64,000 bases of DNA from positions 116,475 to 180,474 of the forward strand of contig CAWBXE010000005.1 of assembly GCA_963792715.1 (NCBI GenBank), read 5' to 3'. The stretch comes from an uncultured Alphaproteobacteria bacterium (GTDB lineage Bacteria > Pseudomonadota > Alphaproteobacteria > Rhizobiales > Xanthobacteraceae). Numbering within the stretch: the stretch's first letter is position 1; each line of letters opens with the position of its first letter. Both the position numbers and the translations under genes were made by a program. Below, in pieces: positions 10,720 through 21,767 of the stretch. The notes beneath the pieces were generated by a model. The model had not been told where the DNA came from. It was given only the letters and a program-made list of their open reading frames with translations, and made no database searches.

Positions 10720-11694
10720 TCACGGCTTCAAAATCGACGCGCCCGTCGTCATCCGGCTTTCCAGATCGATATGCGCTTTCGAGGCGTCCTTCAGCGCGTA
10801 AGCGTGATTGATCGGCACGTGCAGTTTTCCGTTGATGACAGCCGAGAACAGCGTGTCCGCTCCCTCGAGCAATTCTTTCCGCGTGCCGACGTAATCGTTC
10901 AGTTTCGGACGGGTGGCGAACAGCGAGCCGTGATTATTCAACTCCGCGATCGAGAACGGCGGTACCGGGCCAGACGCGTTGCCGAAGCTGACGAACAGCC
11001 CGCGCTGCTTCAGGCACGACAGTGAGCCTGGAAACGTGGTTTTGCCGACGCCGTCATAAACCACATCGCACAATTCGTTGCGGCTGATCTGCTTAACCCG
11101 CGCGACGAAATCCTCATCGTTGTAGAGAATGACGTGATCGCAACCGTTGGCCAGCGCCAGCTCGGCTTTTGCCTTGGAGCCAACGGTGCCGATGACGTTG
11201 GCACCGAGCGCCTTGGCCCACTGGCAGGCGATCAGGCCGATGCCGCCGGCTGCGGCGTGGATCAGGACGCGATGTCCCGGTTCGACCTTGAATGTCTTGA
11301 ACAGGAGGTACCAGACCGTCAGTCCCTTCAGCATCAGTACCGCGCCCTGCTCATAGGTGATGTGGTCTGGCAGCTTGACGAGCTTGTCCGCGGGAATGTT
11401 GCGCTCGGTGGCGTAGCCGCCGAGATTGAAATAATAGGCGACGCGGTCGCCGGGATGAAAATTGGTGACCCCCGAGCCGACCGTCACGACCTCGCCTGAC
11501 GCTTCGTTGCCGGCGATGAACGGCAGCCCCGGCGCCTTGTAGAGGCCGGTACGGAAATAGACGTCGATGAAGTTCAGGCCGACAGCATGCTGGCGGATGC
11601 GGACTTCGCCGGGTCCCGGCGCCGGAACATCAACGTCTTCGTAAACCAGCGCCTCTGGTCCGCCGACTTTGTGCACACGTACGGCTTTGGTCAT
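10720..11694 (-). CDS. qor: NADPH:quinone oxidoreductase (zeta-crystallin type)
   Basis: GLNFIDVYFRTGLY, HAAAGGIG, VVYDGVGK, SFGNASG. Confidence 0.92.
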   Translation of the reverse strand: MTKAVRVHKVGGPEALVYEDVDVPAPGPGEVRIRQHAVGLNFIDVYFRTGLYKAPGLPFIAGNEASGEVVTVGSGVTNFHPGDRVAYYFNLGGYATERNIPADKLVKLPDHITYEQGAVLMLKGLTVWYLLFKTFKVEPGHRVLIHAAAGGIGLIACQWAKALGANVIGTVGSKAKAELALANGCDHVILYNDEDFVARVKQISRNELCDVVYDGVGKTTFPGSLSCLKQRGLFVSFGNASGPVPPFSIAELNNHGSLFATRPKLNDYVGTRKELLEGADTLFSAVINGKLHVPINHAYALKDASKAHIDLESRMTTGASILKP

Positions 11695-11782
11695 GTTCTT
11701 TCCTCCTGAAATTTCTCAACGATTTCTTTCGATCAGCGAAAGCTATCGGGCCGGAATTGTCAACTCAATGACGGAACGCGGG

Positions 11783-12507
11783 TCAAACGGCCTTTTTGCG
11801 ATTACGTCTGGCAAGAACATTGAAGCCTTCGACCGCCGCCGAAAACGCGATGGCGAAATAGATATAGCCTCGCGGGATGTGGAATTTAAATCCGTCCGCC
11901 ACCAGCGCCACACCGATCAGTACCAGAAACGCCAGCGCCAGCATCTTGGTGGTCGGATGCTCGGCGACAAACTTCGCAACCGGTCCCGACGACAGGTACA
12001 TGATCGCGCAGGCGATGATGACCGCGGCGATCATGATCTCGAGATCCTGCGCCATGCCGATCGCGGTAATGATGGAGTCCAGCGAGAACACCATGTCGAT
12101 GATGATGATCTGCACGATCACCCAGAAGAAAGCGCTGGGCTTGGGCGCAGCATCGATTTGCTCGTCGCGCGCCTCGACCTCGGTGTGAATTTCGTGCGTC
12201 GCCTTGGCAATCAAAAACAGCCCGCCGCCGATCAGAATAATATCCCGCCACGATAGCGCGACGCTTTTCACGGTAATAACCGGCGCGGTCAGGCCGATAA
12301 GCCAGACCAGCAAGCTCAGCAGCAAAATTCGAAACACCAGCGCCAGCGCCAGGCCGATCCGGCGAGCGCTCGTGCCGCCTGACGTTCGGGAATGCGCGAC
12401 ACGATCACCGACAGAAAGATCACGTTGTCGATGCCGAGAACGATTTCGAGCGCCGTCAGGGTCAGCAGCGCGGCCCAGGCTTCCGGACTGGTAAGCAATT
12501 CGATCAT
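11783..12507 (-). CDS. TerC family membrane protein (frameshift near 12360)
   Basis: LTALEIVLGIDNVIF, GGLFLIAKATHEI, DMVFSLDSIITAIGM, HIPRGYIY. Confidence 0.9.
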
Positions 12508-13238
12508 GGGTTGGCCGGTCTGGTTAGCCGGATGACGGAATCGCTGCCGACGACGTAGAGCGCGATCGCGCACAGCGCGATGATGACCGGCATGCCGACG
12601 TTGAAATCGTAAATCAGCGTGACGATGACGAGCACCGCCCAGATCGCGATCAATGACAGCGTCAATGCACGGAAACGCGCAACGCGAACGGGATGCACGA
12701 CCTTGAAGGGCACGAATGTAAGTACTATCAGCAGCGCAATCGCGAAGCTCGATAGGGCCGGTGGCCAGTGCAGCAGGAATAGATAGAACGCGGCCGCGTT
12801 CCATAACGCGGGAAATCCGCGGAAGTGGTTGTCCGCCGTCTTCATGCGGCGGTCAGCGAAATACAACGCGCTGGATATCACGATACCGATGCCCAACAGA
12901 GGAGCAGCGACCGGCAACAGCCGCCCGCTCGCGGTGATCGCATAGGCCGGCACGAACACGTAGGTTACGTAGTCGACCACGAAATCCAACATATCGCCTG
13001 ACCAGTCCGGAAGCAGGTTGACGATATTCAGGCGCCGCGCAATCGGACCATCGAGCGCGTCAATGAACAGCGCAAGCCCCAGCCATCCGAACATCGCGGC
13101 CCAGTGTTCGCGCACCGCCTCCAGCAGAGCGAGTAGCGCCAATCCAGCGCCCAGCGCCGTGAAGATGTGCACGCAGAAGGCGGCAACGCGCATACGCGGC
13201 GAAACCGTAGAAGATTCTGGCTGATTTAACTCGGACAT
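12504..13238 (-). CDS. pcs: phosphatidylcholine synthase (CDP-alcohol phosphatidyltransferase)
   Basis: VHIFTALG, DALDGPIAR, GDMLDFVVDYVTYVFVPA, HFRGFPALWN, HPVRV. Confidence 0.85.
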   Translation of the reverse strand: MSELNQPESSTVSPRMRVAAFCVHIFTALGAGLALLALLEAVREHWAAMFGWLGLALFIDALDGPIARRLNIVNLLPDWSGDMLDFVVDYVTYVFVPAYAITASGRLLPVAAPLLGIGIVISSALYFADRRMKTADNHFRGFPALWNAAAFYLFLLHWPPALSSFAIALLIVLTFVPFKVVHPVRVARFRALTLSLIAIWAVLVIVTLIYDFNVGMPVIIALCAIALYVVGSDSVIRLTRPANP

Positions 13239-13373
13239 TGCAGTGGCATTACCTATCAGCAATTTGACCGCCATGCACGTTGGTGCTTGCGGCGTTCCGC
13301 CGCGTAAATCGCCGGCACGAAGAGACCGCGCGGCGGGCTTGAAAATGCAGGCGCGAACGCCGATGGTCCTGGG

Positions 13374-14574
13374 ATGGCTGACGTGTCTCGAGATAGTTAC
13401 GACGTTGCGGTAGTTGGCGGTGGACCTGCCGGTCTGACGGCGGCGCTCGCGCTGGTGACTGCCGGCGCGCGCACCGCGCTAATCGCCCGCCGCGTCCCCT
13501 ATGGCGATAATCGTACTACCGCCCTGCTCGGCGGCTCTGTCGACCTGCTGCGCCGTCTCGATGTCTGGCCTCGTTGCGAGGCCCAGGCGGCGGCGCTGCA
13601 CGTAATGCGTCTTGTGGATGATACCGGCCGCCTGATCCGCGCGCCGGAGGTCCGGTTTTCCTCGGATGAAATCGGTCTCGACGCGTTCGGCTACAATATT
13701 GAAAATCGCACACTGATGGCGGCGCTGGAGGAGCGCACCGCCGAGTTGTCCAATCTGGTCAGGATCGATGACGAAGTAACAAGCGTCGTACCAAACGACG
13801 AGCGCGTGGAAATCATCATGGGGCAAGGCCAGGGACTGACCGCCCGCCTTGTGGTCGGCGCCGACGGGCGGCATTCGCTATGCCGCGAAGCTGCCGGCAT
13901 CGACGTCAAGCGCCGTGAACTCCATCAGTCCGCACTGACGTTCAACGTCTCCCATACGCGGCCGCATCGGAATATCTCGACCGAATTTCACACGCCGCAA
14001 GGGCCATGCGTGTTCGTGCCCCTGCCCGGCAATCGCTGCAGCGTGGTGTGGGTAATGTCTCCCAAGGTAGCCGCGCGGCTGATGGCTTTAAGCGATGATA
14101 AACTGTCCGATGCCGCCGAACGACAGTCGCATTTCATCCTTGGGCGTACCACAGTCGAACCCGGCCGCCATCTGTTTCCGCTGGCGATCGAGCAGCCGGC
14201 ACTTTTTGCACAACATCGCATTGCGTTGGTCGGCGAGGCCGCCCATGTGCTGCCGCCGATCGGCGCACAGGGGCTCAACATGGGGTTACGCGATGCCGCC
14301 GACATTGCCGAGGTGGCCGGCGAAGCGATCGCGAACGGAAGCCGATCCCGGCTCCAATCAGGCTTTATCCCGCTTCAGTTCAGCCCGAAGTATCGATGTC
14401 GCCAGCCGAACTTTTGCGATCGATATGGCCAACCGCTCGCTGCTGTCGGACTTTCTTCCCGTGCAGGCACTACGCGCCGCCGGCATGCACATGATCGGTT
14501 CGCTCGCACCACTTCGGCGGGTCGCGATGCGCGAGGGGCTAGCGCCATCGTGGCGAACCGACCGCGAACTCTGA
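13374..14574 (+). CDS. UbiH/UbiF/UbiL-family FAD-dependent hydroxylase (frameshift near 14340)
   Basis: VVGGGPAG, VVGADGRHS, GEAAHVLPPIGAQGLNMGLRD. Confidence 0.88.
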
Positions 14575-15532
14575 TTACGGAAACACCAGCCGTCCGGTCT
14601 GGATCAGCCACATCACGCTGGTAAGCGTAACAACCGACGCGAAAGTCCCGATCAACACCGCGACCGAAGCCGGCTCGATCCAGGTGTCATGCTGACGCGC
14701 GATCACGAACACGTTTAGCGCCGGAGGCAGCGAGGCCATCAGCACCGCGGTGGCGGCCCACGGCTGCGCGAATGGCCCCAACAGCAGCATCAGGCCGAAT
14801 ACGATCAGCGGCTGCAGCAGCAATTTCACGGCGATAATCCAGGGGACCTCCCACGGCACCCTTCCGAAGGGGCGCGAGGCAACGGTAACGCCGAGCGCAA
14901 ACAGCGCCACCGGCGCCGCGGCATTTTGCAAAAACAGCAGCGTATTATCGATCGCCGCGGGCAGATGAATATGCAACGCCGCAGCAAGCGCGCCGGCTGC
15001 GGCAGACATGATCAGCGGATTACGTAGCGATCTGTACTATCACGAAGCCCAACGTATGCAGGAAGGGCCGGCGTTCGCTATCCGTAAAGGCGAGCAGGAT
15101 GGGCACGATGGAAAACAGGAAAATGCTGTCGCAGCAAAAGATCAATGCTGTCGGCGCCGCAGCCTTGGCGCCAAGCACGGCCAGCGCCAGACCCGGCCCC
15201 ATGTACCCGATGTTGCCATAGCCGCCGGACAATCCTGCCAGCGTTGCTTCGCGGATCGACAGGCGTCCGATCCAGCCGGCCCGCCCCATTGCGAGGAAGA
15301 ACGCGCTGATCGGTGCCGAGCGTGGTCGCGATCAGGAAAGGAGGATTATTCAATTCCTGCGAATGGCGTCTTTGACATGATGCCGAACAGCAGCGCCGGC
15401 AACGACACATAAAGGAGAAAGAAATTCATCCACGCCAACCCCGCTTCCGGCAGCCCCTTTGCCTTGCCGCAGGCGAAACCGATGAAGATCACGCCGAAAT
15501 ATGGCAGCGCGAGATTGAGGATATCTGATCAT
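14575..15532 (-). CDS. AEC-family transporter (several frameshifts)
   Basis: LNLALPYFGVIFIGF, YVSLPALLF, YGNIGYMGPGL, AAPVALFALG, ASLPPALNVFVIA fragments across frames. Confidence 0.8.
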
Positions 15533-15647
15533 AAAACGTCTTCTTCGTTGGCGCGTCCGGACCGGGCTGGACGGCACCGTTTGCAATCAGTGGACTTCAC
15601 CGGTTTGCCCCTAGCATCGGCCACAATCATGGTCTATTCGACCTGAG

Positions 15648-15980
15648 ATGACAAAGATGCGGAACGCCAAATTCCAGATCGGACAGGTGGTACGGCACCG
15701 GATCTTTTCGTTCCGGGGCGTGATCTTCGACATCGATCCGGTGTTCAACAACACCGAAGAATGGTGGCTGTCGATCCCCGAGGAAGTCCGGCCGCACAAG
15801 GATCAGCCGTTCTATCATCTGCTGGCGGAAAATTCGGAATCCGAATACGTCGCGTATGTTTCCGAGCAAAATCTCCTGCCGGATAAATCCGGCGAACCGA
15901 TCCGGCATTCGCAGGTTGCGGAGATTTTCGTGAAGGATAAGTCGGGCGGCTATCGGCAGCGCAATCCGTCGTTGAATTAG
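15648..15980 (+). CDS. hspQ: heat shock protein HspQ (YccV-like)
   Basis: AKFQIGQVVRHR, RGVIFDIDP, QPFYHLLAEN, AYVSEQNL. Confidence 0.92.
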   Translation: MTKMRNAKFQIGQVVRHRIFSFRGVIFDIDPVFNNTEEWWLSIPEEVRPHKDQPFYHLLAENSESEYVAYVSEQNLLPDKSGEPIRHSQVAEIFVKDKSGGYRQRNPSLN

Positions 15981-16007
15981 CTTCGGCTCATTTGCAAGTC
16001 GCACAAC

Positions 16008-16037
16008 AAAAAGGGCGCTCTGATCGAGCGCCCTTTT
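16008..16037. terminator. bidirectional intrinsic terminator between hspQ and ialB
   Basis: AAAAAGGGCGCTC-TGATC-GAGCGCCCTTTT. Confidence 0.85.
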
Positions 16038-16056
16038 CGTTTCGGCGCGGCCTGAA

Positions 16057-16848
16057 CTATTTGGCCGCGGGATTTGCCGGAGCCGCGGCTGCAGGCGGGT
16101 TGGCTTCGAGTTTCGCGCGCGCTTCGGCGGCGCGCTTCTGCAGTTCTTCCTGCAGCTTCTTCTGAGTTTCTTCGAACACCTTCGGGTCGGTCGGCGGACC
16201 GTCATAAGCCTTGGCGAACTCGGCTAGCGGCAGCGGCAACGTCAGCGGCGCGCCGTTCGAATTGATCGCCTGCACGACAAGGTTCTGACCCTTCTTCATG
16301 TTGGCAAGCATTTCCGGGGTCATTTCGTAATCCGACATGCAGCCGTTCTGGAAGCAGATCACGTACGGACTCTGCGCCGGCGGATTGGTGTCGACAATCA
16401 CGCGGGTGCCGTGGACAAGCTGCATGCCCAAGGGCAGCGTCACGCGAAGAATCTTCTTCGCCTCGCCTTCGGGCTCGATAATCACGGCTGCGATCACAGG
16501 CTGGCCGGACTCGATACGTCCATCCTTGCCGGTGAAACAAACCTGCTTAGCGTTGGCATCCTGGCCCTTCAGACAGAATTTGGTCCACGGCGCGTAGATC
16601 AGCTGAACCTGATCGGCGGCCGGTGCGGCGCCAGCCGCGGGAGCGCCGGCGGCGGGGGCAGCGGGAGCCTGAGCCGCCGGTGCTGCCTTCGGGGCTGCTT
16701 TCGGTGCGGCCTTGGGCGCGGCTTTCGGAGCTGGAGCTTGAGCATCCGCTACAGGAGCTAATGAGACGGTGCTCAGCGCCATCACTACCGACAGGGCGAA
16801 ACCCCGTCCGCGCGGCTGGGCCGCCGCGGCCAAAATACGGAAGTTCAT
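16057..16848 (-). CDS. invasion associated locus B (IalB) family protein with PKAA repeats
   Basis: Signal peptide, (PKAA)n linker, PWTKFC, LRVTLPLG, YVICFQNGC. Confidence 0.85.
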   Translation of the reverse strand: MNFRILAAAAQPRGRGFALSVVMALSTVSLAPVADAQAPAPKAAPKAAPKAAPKAAPAAQAPAAPAAGAPAAGAAPAADQVQLIYAPWTKFCLKGQDANAKQVCFTGKDGRIESGQPVIAAVIIEPEGEAKKILRVTLPLGMQLVHGTRVIVDTNPPAQSPYVICFQNGCMSDYEMTPEMLANMKKGQNLVVQAINSNGAPLTLPLPLAEFAKAYDGPPTDPKVFEETQKKLQEELQKRAAEARAKLEANPPAAAAPANPAAK

Positions 16849-17118
16849 GCGGAAACCCTTTCTTGAACGGCAGCGCCGCAACTCATGCGGCCTCAGCCGT
16901 CTGGCGGTTGTCTCGGGACCAAATGGGGCAGTTACGTGACAAACCGGGAACAACATCTTTCAATCGTCCGCCTTCAATACAGCGGCGGACGAAAAGATCA
17001 ATGCCGGCAACCGCTCTTGGTGGGCTTCGCCCAAAGCGAACGGCATTTGCTGTGGTAAAATTCCGGTGTGCACCGTACCGAATCAAACAACCGTACCAAA
17101 CCAGGCATCTTGAGCTTT

Positions 17119-18935
17119 ATGCGGCGCTGGCGCCTCGCCTGTGCTGCCGCAGCCGCTTGCAGCTTATCGGCGGCGGCTGGTCCGATCGCCTGCGCACAGC
17201 CGACCTATGCCATCGCGATGCACGGTGCGCCAGCGCTGCCTGCCGGCTTCACACACATGCCCTATGCCAATCCCGATGCACCGAAGGGGGGCCGGCTCGC
17301 ACAGGGCATCCTGGGTACTTTCGATAGTCTCAATCCTCTGATCGTCCGGGGACTTGCCGTCCAGCAAATCCGAGGCTTTGTGGTTGAAAGTCTGATGGCG
17401 CGCGGCAATGACGAGCCGTTTACGCTTTACGGTCTGCTCGCCAAAACGATTGAGACGGATGACGCCAGAAGCTTTGTGACATTCCGGCTGGATCCGCTGG
17501 CGCGGTTTTCCGATGGCAATCCGGTGCTGGCCGAGGACGTGCTGTTCTCGTGGGCCCTGCTCCGCGACAAGGGTCGTCCCAATCACCGCCTGTACTACGC
17601 CAAGGTCGCCAAGGCGGAAGCTCTCGATGCGGCCACGGTGCGATTCGATTTCGGCGGCGCTGCCAGACCGAGAACTGCCGCTGATCCTTGGCTTGATGCC
17701 GGTGCTGCCGAAACACGCCATTGACGTCGCGACGTTCGAGGAGACGTCAATGTCGGCGCCGATCGGATCGGGGCCGTATCGCGTGACCGCGGTAAGAGCT
17801 GGCGCCAGCGTGACACTGACGCGCAATCCCGATTATTGGGGCCGCGATCTCGCCGTCAATCGCGGGCTGTGGAATTTTGACGAGATCAGGCTCGATTTTT
17901 ATCGCGAGGCCAATGGGCAGTTCGAAGCGTTCAAGCGCGGCCTGTATGATTTTCGCGTCGAGACCGAGCCGCTGCGCTGGCACGAGGGCTACGACTTTGC
18001 CGCAGCGCGTAGCGGCGAGGTGATCCGGGACGTCATCAAGACCGGCCTGCCGCAGCCATCGGAGTTCCTGGTCTTCAACACCAGGCGTCCGGTCTTTGCC
18101 GACATTCGGGTACGCCAGGCGCTGACGTTGTTGTTCGATTTCGAATGGATCAATCGCAACTACTTTTTCGGGCTTTACGCACGTTCCGCCGGTTATTTCG
18201 CCGGCTCCGAATTGTCCGCTTACAACACGCGCCACCGACGATCGCGAGCGCGAATTACTCAAGCCCTACACCGCCCGCATGCCGCCCGACATTCTTGACG
18301 GCAGCTATCGGCTTCCGGTCAGCGACGGCTCAGGACGCGACCGCGCCACGCTTCGCAGCGCGTTGGCGCTGTTATCGCAGGCCGGCTACGAACTTGATGG
18401 CGCCCTGTTGCGCCAACGTTCGACCAAAGCTCCCCTCACCTTTGAAATTCTGGTGACGACGCGCGACCAGGAACGCATCGCGCTGGCGTTTGCTCGCGAT
18501 CTCAAGCGCGCCGGCATCGAAGCCTCGGTGCGCGCGGTCGACGCGGTGCAATTCGATCAGCGCCGCCTCGGCTTCGATTTCGATATGATCCAGAATCGCT
18601 GGGATCAATCGCTTTCGCCCGGCAACGAGCAATCTTTCTATTGGGGCTCTGAAGCCGCCGACAATCAAGGTACGCGAAACTACATGGGCGCCAAAGATCC
18701 CGCGATCGAAGCCTTGATCGCTGCGATGCTGGAAGCGCGCGAGCGCCCGGACTTCGTGTCTGCGGTACGTGCGCTGGACCGGATCCTGATTTCGGGATTT
18801 TACGCGATTCCAATCTACAATGCGGCAGAGCAATGGATCGCGCGATGGAATCGGATAGAACGTCCCTCAGTAACATCGTTGTCGGGATACCTCCCGGAAA
18901 CCTGGTGGCGGCGGCCGGAGCCTCAACAGAAGTGA
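17119..18935 (+). CDS. family-5 extracellular solute-binding protein, YejA-like (frameshifts near 17660 and 18225)
   Basis: YANPDAPKGG, GTFDSLNP, YGLLAKT, PIGSGPY, RNPDYWG, LSPGNEQ..YWGS. Confidence 0.88.
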
Positions 18936-20446
18936 ATCCGATACAACCCAATGAACCGCCGACACTCGACGGGTTGTTTCGCCGCATCCTGGCGCGCCAG
19001 CCGAGCGCGTTGGCGCTGGTCGATCCCCTCGATAAATTCCGCATCAATATGCAGGCGCCGAAGCGATTGACGTTCGCCCAGGCCGATCGCGCCATTTCAG
19101 CGCTGGCAGCGCATTTTATCGACGCCGGGCTGACCGCCAATTCGGTCATCGCTGTGCAACTGCCGAATACCATCGAATTTATGCTCACCGTGCTCGGGGC
19201 GCATCGCGCGGGCTTAGTCGTGGCGCTGCTGCCACAACTCTGGCGGCAAGCCGAACTGACGGCGGCGCTCAGCCGCACCGGTGCGCGCGCGATCGTCGGC
19301 ATGAGCCGGATCGACGGCGTCAATCACGCCGATCTCGTCATGCACGCGGCAGCCGAGGCCTTTTCGGTTCGCCACGTCTGCGGTTTCGGCGATAATTTGC
19401 CCGAAGGCATGGCTTCGCTCGATGAAGTGATCGCCGGCGCAGCTAAGACTTCGGCTTTTCCCGCCCACGACGCCGGTCGACCGGCGATCATCTCGTTCGA
19501 CGTGACGGTCGATGGCTTCCAAGCGATACCGCGCACGCATCAGAATCTGATCGCCGGCGGTCTTGCGATATTCCTCGAGAGCGGTGTGCCGCAGGGTGCC
19601 AGGATCCTTTCAGCATTTGCGCCGTCGTCGTTTGCAGGTCTGGCGTCATCGCTTGTGACCTGGCTCTTGAGCGGCGGCATGCTCGCGCTGCATCATCCCT
19701 TCGACACTGCCATCTTCGAACAGCAGATCAACGACCAGCGGTGCGACACCCTGGTCGCGCCCGCACGGATGGCATTGCGGTTGTGTGAGACCGCCATGTT
19801 GCTTCGGCTGCCGTCGCTGCGCAACGTGATTGGCCTGTGGCGCTCCCCGGAACAGGTATCTTCGAGCGCACCCTGGGCCGGCGGGCAAGCGACGCTGACC
19901 GATGTGTACCTGTTCGGCGAAGCGGGCCTGTTCGGCGTGAAGCGGCTGGAGAGCGGCGTCCCGATGCCCATCCTTCCAGGGCCGCACGGCGCGCCACGTC
20001 ACGTGGCCGACTCAACCATCGTGGGCGAAACCTTGCTTACGGCAAAGGGGATGCTGGCGCTGCGCGGACCAATGGTAGCCGCTGAGGCCTATGCGCTACA
20101 TAGTTCGAGCGCCTCGACACCCGTCGATCAGGCCCCCTTGGACCATGTCAACACCGGGTACTTCGCGCGGCTCGACCCTGCCACGGGCGGAATCATGATC
20201 ACCGCTCCGCCCCCTGGGCTTATGACTGTCGGCGGTTACCGGTTTCTCCTGCAGGATTTGCAGGAATGGGCGCGGCGGTTGGGGCAAGGCGCGTTGCTGA
20301 CCGGGCTGCCTGACCGGCTCAGTGGCTATCGTCTGGCCGGACGGGCTCAGGATAACGCCCGCGCGCGCGAAGCTCTCACGCAACTCGGTCTCAACCCCTT
20401 GATGGTTGAGGCATTTCGGGACCGCTCGCCGGCCGCGACGACCTGA
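18932..20446 (+). CDS. AMP-binding (ANL superfamily)-like protein with degenerate catalytic motifs
   Basis: LTFAQAD, IAVQLPNT, HRAGLVVALLP, LRGPMV, GGYRF; GTG overlaps the solute-binding protein TGA. Confidence 0.75.
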   Translation: MNPIQPNEPPTLDGLFRRILARQPSALALVDPLDKFRINMQAPKRLTFAQADRAISALAAHFIDAGLTANSVIAVQLPNTIEFMLTVLGAHRAGLVVALLPQLWRQAELTAALSRTGARAIVGMSRIDGVNHADLVMHAAAEAFSVRHVCGFGDNLPEGMASLDEVIAGAAKTSAFPAHDAGRPAIISFDVTVDGFQAIPRTHQNLIAGGLAIFLESGVPQGARILSAFAPSSFAGLASSLVTWLLSGGMLALHHPFDTAIFEQQINDQRCDTLVAPARMALRLCETAMLLRLPSLRNVIGLWRSPEQVSSSAPWAGGQATLTDVYLFGEAGLFGVKRLESGVPMPILPGPHGAPRHVADSTIVGETLLTAKGMLALRGPMVAAEAYALHSSSASTPVDQAPLDHVNTGYFARLDPATGGIMITAPPPGLMTVGGYRFLLQDLQEWARRLGQGALLTGLPDRLSGYRLAGRAQDNARAREALTQLGLNPLMVEAFRDRSPAATT

Positions 20447-20467
20447 TCTGATCGCGATGGCCATGCG

Positions 20468-20482
20468 TTGACCCGCTATTAA
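20468..20482. promoter_or_regulatory. candidate CtrA box
   Basis: TTGA-CCCGCTA-TTAA (minus strand TTAA-N7-TCAAC), about 50 nt upstream of the PopA-like gene. Confidence 0.4.
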
Positions 20483-20532
20483 GCGCCGCAAACTAAGCTG
20501 GCGTGTCCGGTCGAAATCATTTGAGAGATAAA

Positions 20533-21753
20533 GTGTTGTCGCAAGGTCCGATCCTTGTCGTATCGTCCGGTTTCGTGCCGCTCGCGGGATTGCTCGGCGG
20601 CATGTTTCCAATCATCGACACAAACTGGGCTGAGGCGTGCCGCGCCGTAGAGCACGTTCAGCCGGCCGCCGTGCTTGTCGCCACGGCCGGAAATGACCAT
20701 CACGAACTGCAAGCGCTCGCAGCGGCGATCGCAGCTCAGGCGCTCTACATTCCGCTGGTTGTCATCGATCCCAAGGCGCCGCTTCCTGTCAACGCGATTC
20801 CGTTTTCACAATGCGACGGTAGCTTTGACCGCTTGAGCGCGCGTTTGAGCGCAGCACTCCGGGTCCGGACGCTGCATTCGACGGTGCTGCGACGGACGGC
20901 GGACAATTCAAATATTCAAAAGCAGGTGTCGGAGGGCGATCCCCTCCATGACGCAACGGTTCTGCTGATCGGCCGTGGCGCGGCCTTTCCCGCGCTCTCG
21001 GTCGCGCTTGGCGAACGCCTCGGCGTGATTGGCGCGTTCAGCATCGAGGCTGCGGCGAAGCATTTGAATACGCGCGACATCGACGGCATCATCCTCGGTG
21101 AAGGATTTAGCCCCCGCGTGGTCGATGGGTTTCTGACGGTGCTCTCTGAGGACGCGCGCTTTCGGCATCTCCCTGTCATCGCAGCCATCGATGGATTGAT
21201 GCCGGCTTACGATCTGCCAAATCTTGAAATGAGCTCCGGCGACCCCCGGCGTGTCGCGTCGAATGCACTACCGCTGATAAGACAGCACGCCTTCGAGGCG
21301 CGACTGAGCCGTACGCTGAAGTCGATCGAAGCTGGCGGCTTACTTGACGCACGCACAGGCCTGCTGACATCAGAAGCTTTCAACCGCGACTTTGCCACCG
21401 CGATCTACCAGACATCAATGCGGGGTGGCGGCTTGTCCGTGGCGCGCTTTGTTTTTCAGCCACAACAGGAGCGCGCGCAGTTCGACGGTGCGCGCATCCT
21501 CAGCCGCCTGATGCGCCAAATGGATTTCGGCGCCGTGCAGGGGGACGGATCGATTGTCGTGGTGTTTGCCGAAACCGATCTCCGCAATGCCCGCATGATC
21601 GCACGCCGGTTGACGAGCGTGATGAAACATACGGTTCACGCCAGGCGCGAATCGCGAGCCCCCGAAATTATGGTGACGGAGTTGCTGCCGTCCGATTCCG
21701 CGAAGTCGCTTCTGGAGCGACTGACCTGCGATCGGCGTCGCGTTGCTTCGTAG
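20533..21753 (+). CDS. PopA/PleD-like protein: degenerate receiver domains plus degenerate GGDEF with intact RxxD I-site
   Basis: VLLIG..FPALSVAL..VIGAFS..DGIIL receiver-like segment; DARTGLL; RQMD-x5-GDGSI. Confidence 0.75.
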   Translation: MLSQGPILVVSSGFVPLAGLLGGMFPIIDTNWAEACRAVEHVQPAAVLVATAGNDHHELQALAAAIAAQALYIPLVVIDPKAPLPVNAIPFSQCDGSFDRLSARLSAALRVRTLHSTVLRRTADNSNIQKQVSEGDPLHDATVLLIGRGAAFPALSVALGERLGVIGAFSIEAAAKHLNTRDIDGIILGEGFSPRVVDGFLTVLSEDARFRHLPVIAAIDGLMPAYDLPNLEMSSGDPRRVASNALPLIRQHAFEARLSRTLKSIEAGGLLDARTGLLTSEAFNRDFATAIYQTSMRGGGLSVARFVFQPQQERAQFDGARILSRLMRQMDFGAVQGDGSIVVVFAETDLRNARMIARRLTSVMKHTVHARRESRAPEIMVTELLPSDSAKSLLERLTCDRRRVAS

Positions 21754-21767
21754 TACGTTCCCGCCAT

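Noticed and set aside
16610-16745. Short tandem GC-rich repeats
   Set aside because: They encode the PKAA/Ala-Pro linker of IalB; not a CRISPR array or non-coding repeat.
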